A program made the translations under genes and the position numbers. The notes under the pieces are model-generated. The model searched no databases, had not been told where the DNA came from, and was given only the letters and a program-made list of their open reading frames with translations. Positions 1 through 9,276 of a stretch of 20,000 nt of DNA are shown here, in pieces; within the stretch, counting starts at the first letter, position 1; every line of letters begins with the position of its first letter. This stretch comes from Craspedostauros australis (taxonomy: Eukaryota), in NCBI GenBank assembly GCA_030167865.1, contig JALAGF010005392.1:51051-71050 (forward strand), given 5' to 3'.

Positions 1-306
1 CATGTCGTGTACATATAGTAATGGGAGAGCACACAAATATTGGTCATGGTCGTATATGGTGTGAATAACGCACGAGTATGCCGGACGCCATGGCAAAAGT
101 ACCGTAGTGTCATCGAAGATGCATGACGGATGAGCATGGAGAGGGCGGAAGAGGACGAGAGAAAGAACAAATGGGGGAGGGCATCGTTGTCAGCACCGCA
201 TTCCTCGCATGGTTCACTGAGCAACCCACCAACATGTGCAAGTGGGCCATTGTTTCTAACCCAAGGCATGGCATCATTCTTTCATTGCATGTTCGAAGGC
301 ACTCAC

Positions 307-440
307 CATGTCGCAATGTTGACATCCCAATTTCTCGACAGATCCTTCAGCGGTTGCAACGTCGCCAGGGCCGATTCAATTGCTCTCGCAGTGCCGCCGC
401 CATCGTCCAAGGAGTCGTTCAACCGTTTATTTCGCGTCAT
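307..440 (-). CDS. NCAPH2: Condensin II kleisin subunit (CAP-H2), first coding exon; gene continues beyond the left window edge
   Basis: Translation MTRNKRLNDSLDDGGGTARAIESALATLQPLKDLSRNWDVNIAT matches the CAP-H2 N-terminal motif (LQPI(R/K)DL.xNW.VD.A). The frame ends at a canonical donor TG|GTGAGT (GT at 306-305), and I found no downstream exon in 1-306. Start taken as the ATG at 440 (ACAATG context); an upstream in-frame ATG at 689 is possible. Confidence 0.75.
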
Positions 441-1269
441 TGTGGAAGGGTTGTCTGTTGCGTTCAAGCACCTTTCGCCGTGGGTATATTTGTGCTCAGC
501 AGAGCGAAGGCAGCAGCGACGACGATGCTGAGGATGAGGTTTTACTTGTGGTGCCGTTGATGATGCCCTTGGTGATAATGCTCTTGATGATGATGCTCGG
601 GATAGTGCTGTTCGTTCTTGACGGTGCTCCCTCTCATCCTCTCGACTTGCACCACGCCGTCGCTGCACCGTCGCTGTGGGGCTTGACATGGAATTTGCAA
701 CCGGCTTCGTGGGAGAAATGAACGAAGAAATGTGGTTTTGTTTTCTTCCGCCACAAATTCGAAATTGTCGCAGCGACATGTGTGACACACATGATACGTT
801 TGAAACAATCGAGTCCTGTTTGGCGTCATCCTTGAAACAATCCCGAACTGTTCCCATTTGTGTCAGAATAGTGTTCGCTTCCTTTCACGGCGATGTTCGG
901 TTTTGTCGTTGATGTTGCTTGAGCACAAAAATCAAGACGAGAACGTGGACGAAACCAGACCTGTCCGAAGTGAGACAGAGCGGAAGGGGAGGTGATGTCG
1001 GAAATGATGCCCCTGCGCCGGCGGAGATGATTACCACACTGCACGCCTGCCATCTTCGTAGGTATGAGTAGATTGTGCGATATCCACAGCATGGTCAGGA
1101 CCTGTTCAGTTGAGAGCGCTCACAAACACAGATAGAGAACAATTGAAAGGCCTGCTGCAACATCGGGCGTTCTATTGGTGCAGGCACATCAGGATCAATT
1201 CAATCATCGCCGTGTTCCATCATTCTCAGCAAAGCCATCAGCATCGCCATTGTGGCTGCGATTGTCACC

Positions 1270-3426
1270 ATGAAAGGCAACAACGACAGCAGTGGCCGAA
1301 GTCCAGCACCATCACCATCGTCGTGGATTGGTGTGGCACAAGGTTCAGATTTCCCCCTCTCGAACCTTCCATTCGGCGTATGTTCCCTCACAACGAACAA
1401 GGGACAGCGTGATGACGTGACATCCACCGCGAAGAGTCGGTGCGTCACCATTGTGGGAAGTACGATCGTCGATCTGCAAGTGCTACAGGAGGCTGGCTTG
1501 TTCGATGATATCGACCAGCTGGCAGCGCACTCCTTCTCCGAGCCATCGTTGGATGACTTCGTTTCGCATCCGCATCACGTTTGGTCACAGGTGCGTCAGC
1601 GATTGACATCCTTGCTCTCCGCGGATGGGGATGATGCATTGCACACAAACGAAGGGCTCAAGAGCATCGCCTTGCTCTCTGAAACGGACGTCGTCATGGG
1701 CCTTCCTCTCAAAATCTCAAGCTTGGCGGGATACTATTCGTCCCGTTCTCAGTTCGCCCAACTCGCAAGTGGCTCTGACACGGCAGATGGCAAAGGGCAG
1801 AGCGGGGGTACAGAAATGCCAAATGCACCATCCCTCCCCATCGGATACAACGCCAAGGCATCATCTGTGTTCGCGACTGGAACGTCAATAAATCGCCCCA
1901 ACCTGTCCTCTGGCGGTCAAGCTTCGAATGTTGGTGCGCCAACAGACTTGAAAGTGGAGGCATCCAAAGCACTGGATTTTGAAGCGAAGCTGGCGTTCGT
2001 CGTTGGCGGCCCGCCCAACGCTGCGGGCAAATCGGAGGCAGCAGCAGAGGCGCAGCAGCGCGTGTTTGGATACTGCCTCGTCAATGACTGGACGGCGCGC
2101 GATGTGCAAGCATCTGAAGCCATTCCTTTCGAATCCAAGAATTTCGCCACCACCATGTCACCATGGATTGTGACGTCGGAAGCGCTGCAGCCACTCGCAC
2201 CATCTCCACCGTCTGAATCTGCGGATACATCACCTGCGACGGTGGATTTTCACAACATCCAGGGCGCATCACCAGCGATCACCATCGATGTTCGAATTCA
2301 ACCAAAGGTGCCCTCAAGCAACAAGCAGCCGCTCTCTGTGGAACCCGTCTGCACGCCGGTATTCGGCCCTGATTGCTGGAGTGCCGCGCAACTACTCACC
2401 CATCATTTTTGGGCAGGCTCCGTGGTGAAGCCTGGCGACATCTTTATGATGTCCGCGCAATCCCAAAGTGATCCAAAGCTCTCCAGTAGTCTTTGGGAAC
2501 TAACCGACGGTGGCAAACATGAAGTGGATATCGGAAGCGATCAAACGAGAAAGTTCCTTCAAGATCGCGACACTGTTGTCATGAAAGGCTGGTGCTCGCA
2601 CAGTGCCAATCCATCTGTGGGGAGGATCGGCTTTGGACCCTGCACCTCGACGGTCCTTCCTCCTGATCCTCCTGAACCAACCAAGTCGCCATCGAGCGGC
2701 GACAATCCGCCGATGGCCACACCGTCATCTGGATTCCATTCCTTCAAGCTGTACGGGTACGCAACATCTTCCTCCACATGGCGTGTTCGTGTCGTGCTCG
2801 AAGCCAAGAGGATCACCTTTGAGAACATCCCATTGAACCTTCAGGCCGGCGAGCACAAGACGCCTGAGTTTCTCGCCAAGAATCCTCATGGACAGGTTCC
2901 CGTATTGGAATATACGCACACCGACGGAGACTCGAGCCAGACAAGGTACATCTCGCAGTCTGTCGCAATCATCGAGTTCTTGGATTCAATCTTCCCCAAC
3001 AAAAGGTCCTTGATTCCTCGCGATCCAATCGATTACATCGCAGCGCGGGAGATGGTGGAAATCGTGAACGCTGGAATCCAACCTCTGCAAAACAAGATGG
3101 TCGTTGCCAACCTGGAAAAGCTGTCTGAGGGCAAGATCGTTGGCAAGGAGTATGGGAACATGGTCATCGCCAAAGGGCTCAGAAGTTTTGAGACGCTGGT
3201 GAAGGCCCGCCAAGCCACGAACCCCGGTCCCTTCAGCCTTGGCACTTTCGCGCCGACAATCGCTGATGCCTACCTCATCCCACAGCTGTTCAACGCCGCG
3301 AACGTGTACGGCATCGATGTCATCTCCGATTTTCCGGTGCTGGCACAGGTGGAGGAGGCATGTTCCAAACACCCTTGGTTCATTGCGGCACATCCATCGC
3401 AGCAACCAGACGCACCCAGAACATGA
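1270..3426 (+). CDS. Fumarylacetoacetase-like domain fused to GST-zeta/maleylacetoacetate isomerase (718 aa from ATG 1270)
   Basis: FAH motifs: SDFPLSNLPFGV, LPIGYNAKASSV, LDFE, LVNDWTARDVQ, KNFATTMSPWIVT, RKFLQDRDTVVMKGWC, RIGFGPC. A Pro/Ser linker (~2650-2740) is followed by GST-zeta motifs: LYGYATSSSTWRVR, NPHGQVPVL, SQSVAIIEFLD, NAGIQPLQN, TIADAYLIPQLFNA, AAHPSQQPDAP. Uninterrupted ORF; the track start at 1252 is a GTG and the first ATG is at 1270. Confidence 0.92.
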   Translation: MKGNNDSSGRSPAPSPSSWIGVAQGSDFPLSNLPFGVCSLTTNKGQRDDVTSTAKSRCVTIVGSTIVDLQVLQEAGLFDDIDQLAAHSFSEPSLDDFVSHPHHVWSQVRQRLTSLLSADGDDALHTNEGLKSIALLSETDVVMGLPLKISSLAGYYSSRSQFAQLASGSDTADGKGQSGGTEMPNAPSLPIGYNAKASSVFATGTSINRPNLSSGGQASNVGAPTDLKVEASKALDFEAKLAFVVGGPPNAAGKSEAAAEAQQRVFGYCLVNDWTARDVQASEAIPFESKNFATTMSPWIVTSEALQPLAPSPPSESADTSPATVDFHNIQGASPAITIDVRIQPKVPSSNKQPLSVEPVCTPVFGPDCWSAAQLLTHHFWAGSVVKPGDIFMMSAQSQSDPKLSSSLWELTDGGKHEVDIGSDQTRKFLQDRDTVVMKGWCSHSANPSVGRIGFGPCTSTVLPPDPPEPTKSPSSGDNPPMATPSSGFHSFKLYGYATSSSTWRVRVVLEAKRITFENIPLNLQAGEHKTPEFLAKNPHGQVPVLEYTHTDGDSSQTRYISQSVAIIEFLDSIFPNKRSLIPRDPIDYIAAREMVEIVNAGIQPLQNKMVVANLEKLSEGKIVGKEYGNMVIAKGLRSFETLVKARQATNPGPFSLGTFAPTIADAYLIPQLFNAANVYGIDVISDFPVLAQVEEACSKHPWFIAAHPSQQPDAPRT

Positions 3427-4278
3427 ACGAGGTCGTGTCGAGCCGAGTAAAATAGAGCAGAGCAGAGCGAAGCGGAGTAGTTTGCTAGCACTCCCGGCCG
3501 CGGCATCAGCGAGGTGCCTGGACGCAGCATGAATGAGAACTCGGAGATCTACTAGTACGATTGTCTCCAGGGATCCAGCACTATTGCCATACTACCATAC
3601 CGTTATTGGACACAAGAACAAGTAGATAACAAAGCAGGACAGCTCAAACTGGGAGAGTCCTATTGACATGAAGCTGAGAATGCATGTCAACATCAACTTG
3701 GTTTGTGTATTGGTTTTGGTTCTGATTGCTTCGGATGAGAATTATAGTAGACTGCGGGTGTAGGATTGGGCAATCCTGTTGTTTGTCCGCAGGTGGTCAC
3801 AAGATGCTTGGACAAGATTCCAAGGCTCCATACAGGTTCTACATACGAATATGGTTGCGATGGTACCTTGACTCCACCAGCACCGGATGGAGATAGCGCA
3901 GAGCACCCTGGCTTTTTGCATATTGATTCGTTTGAGAGTGCCGTCGCTGGATCCGCCATCGTGGAGCCGCTTTCATTCTTTGAACTCGATTGGATTGGTT
4001 GCAGTCATGGCGAATGATCTCCCCATGCATTCCACCGTACGATCTAAGAGTGGAGAATCGTATTATATCTTGGAAGAGCAGAATATCTTGTCTCAAATGG
4101 AGCATTGATGATCAATCCGACAGGCAACCATGAAGCAGAGCTGACATTGCAGTTTCCCATAGTTTCTTCGTTGGCGTGACATTCTCTCGCGCGGCTCCAA
4201 ACTGGCCGCTAGATCCATGGTTGTGACGGCATGTCGTGGGTGCAACACGCCATTTCACTGTTCCACCAGTTGACATGC

Positions 4279-6038
4279 TTAGTTCAAACCGAACGACTGC
4301 TTGTAGAACGCCGTGATGGATTCGATGGAAAGGAGGATGATCATGGCGTGCGGTGCGCATCGTCCATAGTACGCAGAGAAACCGCCGAAGAAGCCGAGAG
4401 GTCCCTCGGTTCTTGCGATCTTCACGACACAATCCGCGATGCCCTTGTACGGCATCTCTCCTGTGACTGGGTCTGGCTTCATTGCCATCAAACGCGACTT
4501 GACCAAGTCGAATGGGAGGGAGAAGAGGGCCGCTGTGAATCCTGCTGTGGCGGAGGCTCCCAGACGAGTTGGAAGACTTGGTCCATCCACCATTGGATCA
4601 TTCAAGAGCCCTGCCACGATCTCCTTGGCTTGGTCGTAGCAGGCCATCATACCGACGTTCATGGACATACCACGCAGGATGTTTGGTGCCAAACCTTTGT
4701 ACAATGCGCCGACGCCCTCTTCTCTGCTCGTTCGGAGGAGAGCCTGTTGTGCATATGTACCATATGCCATGCGAAGGGAGTGGGAAATGTAGAGTAGATT
4801 GGAAGTAGTCAGCGCACGGCGTTGTTGAAATTTCTCACAATGGCAAATTCAACCAAATCGATGCGAAACAACGCAACGCAATGAAGAAAGTAAACATGGA
4901 AGTGTACGTGCATTCACAAAATCACCAACGCCTCCAACGCCTCCAATCCAGTCCGGTGACGCAAGCGACAGGATGCCAGCGACTTACATCAAAGACGTTC
5001 TTGTAATTCCTTCGGTCTTCCGGCTTGGCCATGCCATCGGCCTGTAATCGCACCAATGCAATGTCGAATGGTGTTCCTATGCACACGGCGATACTTCCGC
5101 TGGCCATGCCCGACAGGGCCTTCTGGACGAAGCTGATTGGCTTTCCGTCGTTAATCTCCACCAGCTTGTCCGAAAAGGTTCGGTGCAGTCCAATACGCGC
5201 TGTTCCGTACACCATCTGACGGCCGATGGCGGCATCAACTCCCTTGTAGACACTGGTGATACCATCTGCTTTGACCATCTGGGAAATGAGGGTCGGGAAG
5301 GACGGGATCGGCTTTCCTGGGTTCAATTGTCCATAAATTTGCATTCGGACCTGTTGTGATGCATCGCATTGTGTGGCATTGCGTTGCATGGCAGCGGATG
5401 AGATTGAGCATGGATTTGGGTTGCGAGTTTGCCGATGAAGTTATTGAATCGAATTGAGCCGAATCGCATCAGATACAATGCCATGCCAAGTCAACGGCGG
5501 TTGATGCAATGCAGATGAGCGGAAATCCGCGCGTGTTTGAATTGAAATTGATTGCGCCACAAAACACGGTGTTGCCAATGGCAGAGATGCGTTTTATTGA
5601 GTTCCATTGCATCAAGCCCATGAACGGCCACCGATTCCGGGACGACGATGATGGCAATTGGAATGATTGGGAATTGATCACAGCGCGGGTGAGTTGAAGG
5701 CAGATTGGGAGAGCGAATTGACGCGCACACGCTTCGCCTTCGGTGGCATTTTCCTCCTTCACGTTCTTGGCCAACAGGACAGCCAAAGTCATTGCAAGGA
5801 GCCTTTCGAGCAAGATGATTGGCATTTGGCTCCGTCTCAGCTTGGCTGAGCTTGGCTGAGCTTTGTATTGCCACCGCAGGCTGTGATGCATGCATTGCAA
5901 TGCACTCCAATGCACTTCAACGCAATGACCCACCTTGGCAAGATCGATCGGGTGAATGACGATGCTGGCAAACGTTGCCGCGGTTCCACCGCAGACGAAC
6001 GGCTGCAGCGTCTTGGCGATCGATGATTGTTCAGGCAT
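4279..6038 (-). CDS. Mitochondrial carrier family protein, 2-oxoglutarate/malate (dicarboxylate/tricarboxylate) carrier-like; 3 exons, 310 aa
   Basis: Exons 6038-5934, 5350-4988 and 4743-4279 join in phase 0 across GT..AG introns (5933-5351, 583 nt; 4987-4744, 244 nt). Three Px[DE]xx[KR]x[RK] signatures: PIDLAK|VRMQ, PFDIALVRLQ, PFDLVKSRLM. Subfamily motifs RQMVYGTARIG, RRNYKNVFDAL and YYGRCAPH are typical of OGC/DTC (SLC25A11-like) carriers. Confidence 0.93.
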
Positions 6039-6081
6039 GATTCAAGTTCCTTCTGGTTGCTTGATTGCTTCGTCCGTTCCA

Positions 6082-6111
6082 GTTGATGTTGATGTTGATG
6101 TTGATGTTGAT
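6082..6111. repeat. (GTTGAT)5 hexanucleotide microsatellite just upstream of the carrier start codon (probable 5' UTR)
   Basis: Five perfect GTTGAT units followed by degenerate GCTGAT AATGAT GAT; 44 nt upstream of the ATG at 6038. Confidence 0.9.
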
Positions 6112-6919
6112 GCTGATAATGATGATACCGATGGCAAGTTGTCGATGGGAAGGTTGCAGAAGTGATGGCAAGGCACGGTCCTCCGCGTGTGCTGTTGTGT
6201 CGTTGTGTTCTAGATTCACCGCGGCCGCTCGCCGTATCCGTGATGTCTGCGGTTTGTTGTTCTCTTCGACGAACGGAGAAGAGAAAGTGCTGGCACAAAT
6301 CCAAAACCAATGCCATTCGCCATTCATCAAATTTCACCCTTGATTCAGGTGGAAAGATGCGTTCAACATCTACGTTCCAAATAGTGATCTGAATGGACAA
6401 AATCTAAACAGCGATTTTTACTGAGAGCTTGGACCTAGTGGCAGCAGAGTTCTGCGCAAATGGGTGTGCTGTTCCCAAAACGTATCTTCGCGTGGTTGGC
6501 GCCAAAGGCACCGAAGTTTGTCCATCGTACGAAGGCGAAGGAACATCACGCGGGACAAAATGTAGATTCGTGACTGAATCAGACCTCGTTCGTTCACATT
6601 TTTTCTTGCTTGCTCAACGATCTCATTCACACACATTTCTGTGTTCCCTTGCGCTCGGAACAATGCGATGGTGAAGGATCCTGCAGAAACACAGAGAGAC
6701 ATGGGGACGGCGAGGGCAACCAAGAAGCGAGAAGCACGGTGGTTCATCGGCGATCTCATACATCGTGAATTGCACGTACACTCATCACACCAGCAGAGAG
6801 ATTCGAAGACATCCATCCGCATTTGTCCATCGACACTACCGTCGCCGTCGCCGTCTGCGTCTCATTTGCACAGAGCATAGAGCGAAGGAGGGAGAGAGAG
6901 AGAGCTGCAAGGAAGCGCA

Positions 6920-7861
6920 ATGGAGCTGCCAACAAACGACCAAGAAGAAGACTTCCATCCAACAATGGAAGACCAAGACACAACAGCGATGCGTGATCGC
7001 TCGGAAGACAACTACTATCATGATGACGCCGACGGCGGTAACGACGCCGTTGACGACGGTGCTGCCAGCGGAGGGGAAGAGATGGGATTGAACCCGCGAG
7101 CTCCATTCCATACGGATGACGCCGAACAGCAGCTCCATCATCAAGATGAGTACCACGATCCGACGACTGGTGTGCAGGACACCACGGTGGATGGCAGCAG
7201 TGCGCAGCAGGAGACGGAGCAGATGATGGGGCAAGAAGACGCAGACGGCTTTGCTGCTGCAACCGATGATCCAGGCGATGATGCTAATGATGTTTACGCG
7301 CGTGCCCATAGCCAAGATGACCAAGACGCGATCGCGCTCGTGCAAGAGGAATCTCAGAACGTAAGTCATCATCACCAATCATGCTCGTGCCAGCGTTCGC
7401 CGTTTGGTGGGGATTGAGGCACGAACTTCTTGTCCATTTCCTTCAGTTGCAGAGCCGTTGCTATTGTGCCATCGGTTTCAATGAAGGCGCTGTCTCCTAT
7501 GCGTCAACCTCAAATATGCATCTCACAAAAGTGTACCACCTTCTCACGTTCTACCGAACTCCGTTTTATTCGTCTATCTCGAATTGCCCGCTCCACCGTC
7601 ATGTTCACATCTGCAAGACAGATCGTCGTGTGGGGCGAGAAGCTCATCGAAGCCATGGTGACGTACCAGAAGGACATGCAGGAGAAACGAGCCTCCTACG
7701 CTCACATTCTACAGCATGAAGAGGAAGAAGCGCGTCGGCTGGATGAGATGGAACCCGATATCCAGGATGTGACGCAGAGCGTGCTTGGCCAAGCCACTGC
7801 TCCTGTCAGCTTTGCGTCTCGCGATGCCGCCACCTCTTCTTCGCAGGATAGATATGAGTGA
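6920..7861 (+). CDS. Hypothetical 226-aa protein, very acidic disordered N-terminus with C-terminal predicted coiled coil; 2 exons
   Basis: Exon 6920-7360 ends at AAC|GTAAGT. Intron 7361-7621 ends in ACAG. Exon 7622-7861 continues in phase 0 (…QEESQN/IVVWGEKLIEAMVTYQKDMQEKRASYAHILQHEEEEARRLDEME…). D/E/Q-rich composition; no family recognised. Confidence 0.72.
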
Positions 7862-8136
7862 GCGTGCCTTTCGCATTCGGAGATGTACCATTCAAGAATT
7901 GGATCGAACCTTGTGGTGTTTGGGCGTCGAGACAACCATCCGCTTTGAATTCCACCGTCAAAAGGTGTGGCCTGTGGCGAGGCATGTATGATAGATCCAG
8001 ATCCGGACAGATCCCTGAAGTGCCTGTGGATGGCTGAAATCCAGAGCCAATCATTGTAGCAAACTATGATGGCAGATATTTCATCGTGTGACCCAGAGTG
8101 CTCTACTCTCTGCAACTCTGCTCACGTTGCACGCTT

Positions 8137-9276
8137 TCATCCTGTCGAAATGAAGTGTTCGGAGCGGTTGATGTTTAAATCATAGTGGAATTCCCAATGA
8201 TTCCAAACGAAACCCAGCTCGTTCAATCTGGCAATGCGAGCCGCGGTCAGGTGTGTGGATGAGCGCACATGCCCGTTGCGATTGCCATCGCGAGGGAATT
8301 GCTTGGCGTACAGCTTGCGTTGCGAGCTCACCCAGTTGGCGAGTTGCTGGTTGGCATGGGAGATGGGAACCAGGCAGTTGCCGTGTTCCTCTTTGTATGC
8401 CTTGAGCTGCTCGAAGCGCGTCTCCCATTGCCGTTCTCGATTGGACATCCACCAGTTGCGATCGATATCTTCCAAAGCACGGATCTGATCCTCCTGCAAC
8501 GCGCAGGGTTCTCCACGCCGACGATTCATAAATTCCCTGCGCTGCCGGTACACCCACTGTCCCAGCGACGATTGGCTTGATAACTTCGCGAGTGGCGATG
8601 TTTGCGTGAACTGCTCCAGCTCGCCAAACCGTCGCCACCAGATGGAATGCGTGCGTTGCTGCTGAAGAGGCGAGTCGATGGCAACGTGCGCTGCCGGGAC
8701 GCTCGAGGCAACGCCCTTCTGCTTGGTGCTTAATGCCGATGCATCCCAGCAGAATCCAATGCTACTCAATTGTTGAATCCGCTGCTGCGTCAGAGACGAG
8801 CTGATTCCATTCTTGTGCTTGCGGTAGTGCTGCCGTTGCTTGTTTACGAAGTTTCCCAATGACGGGTTAGGTGGATACCGCTTGGGAACGAGCATGTGGC
8901 CATGCTCTTCCTTGAACTCCATCAGCTGATTGATCCGATCATTCCAAGTTGAAGGTGCACAGATTGGTGTTGCAGTGGCTGTGGCTGTGTCTGTCGTTGC
9001 GATTGACTGCCCATCATCTATCGTAGTGCATTGTAAGGCGATGAATGAAGCCTCCCTTCGATGATGCTCCCAAGCAAAGCGAACGTCATTCCTTCTCTCG
9101 TTTCTGCTTGGCTTGGCGTTTGTTCGTGGATGCCAATGCCTCGCACATAGCTGCGGTTGTTGTTGTCGCAGTCGTCGCCTCAATCGTCCTCCTGCCGATG
9201 AAAGAGCCTCTGTTGACAATGTGAAGCACCAAAGCAACAGCAATCTCTGAACATGCTGAAACGGTGCCATGGCCAT
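8137..9276 (-). CDS. Helicase-associated (HA, PF03457-type) repeat protein with N-terminal signal/transit-like leader
   Basis: Repeats: WNDRINQLMEFKEEHGHMLVPKRYPPNPSLGNFVNKQRQHY…LTQQRIQQLSSIGFCW; degenerate WWRRFGELEQF…LGQWVYRQR…QIRALEDI; WETRFEQLKAYKEEHGNCLVP…LANWVSSQRKLY…LTAARIARLNELGFVW. No helicase core. Start at 9276 or 9270 (MAMAPFQ…) preferred over 9420. Confidence 0.85.
   Translation of the reverse strand: MAMAPFQHVQRLLLLWCFTLSTEALSSAGGRLRRRLRQQQPQLCARHWHPRTNAKPSRNERRNDVRFAWEHHRREASFIALQCTTIDDGQSIATTDTATATATPICAPSTWNDRINQLMEFKEEHGHMLVPKRYPPNPSLGNFVNKQRQHYRKHKNGISSSLTQQRIQQLSSIGFCWDASALSTKQKGVASSVPAAHVAIDSPLQQQRTHSIWWRRFGELEQFTQTSPLAKLSSQSSLGQWVYRQRREFMNRRRGEPCALQEDQIRALEDIDRNWWMSNRERQWETRFEQLKAYKEEHGNCLVPISHANQQLANWVSSQRKLYAKQFPRDGNRNGHVRSSTHLTAARIARLNELGFVWNHWEFHYDLNINRSEHFISTG

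Noticed and set aside
441..857. N-terminal extension of the 184-aa ORF (303..857) as part of NCAPH2
   Set aside because: Low-complexity UTR-like sequence; the recognisable motif begins only after the ATG at 440. Cannot be fully excluded.
3693..4108. Several 70-90 aa ORFs between the fusion gene and the carrier
   Set aside because: Short, overlapping on both strands, no motifs; likely convergent 3' UTR or intergenic sequence.
5469..5933. C-terminal 154 aa of the 189-aa ORF 5469..6038
   Set aside because: Read-through into intron 1 of the carrier; carrier similarity resumes at 5350.
1270..6038. Functional cluster linking fumarate-producing tyrosine catabolism with a dicarboxylate carrier
   Set aside because: Two convergent neighbours with no other pathway genes (HPPD, HGD) in the window, and the FAH domain looks inactive; adjacency is probably coincidental.
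5837..6400. ORFs with HQHQHQ / ININ / DVDV / LMLM repeats
   Set aside because: Translations of the (GTTGAT)n microsatellite.
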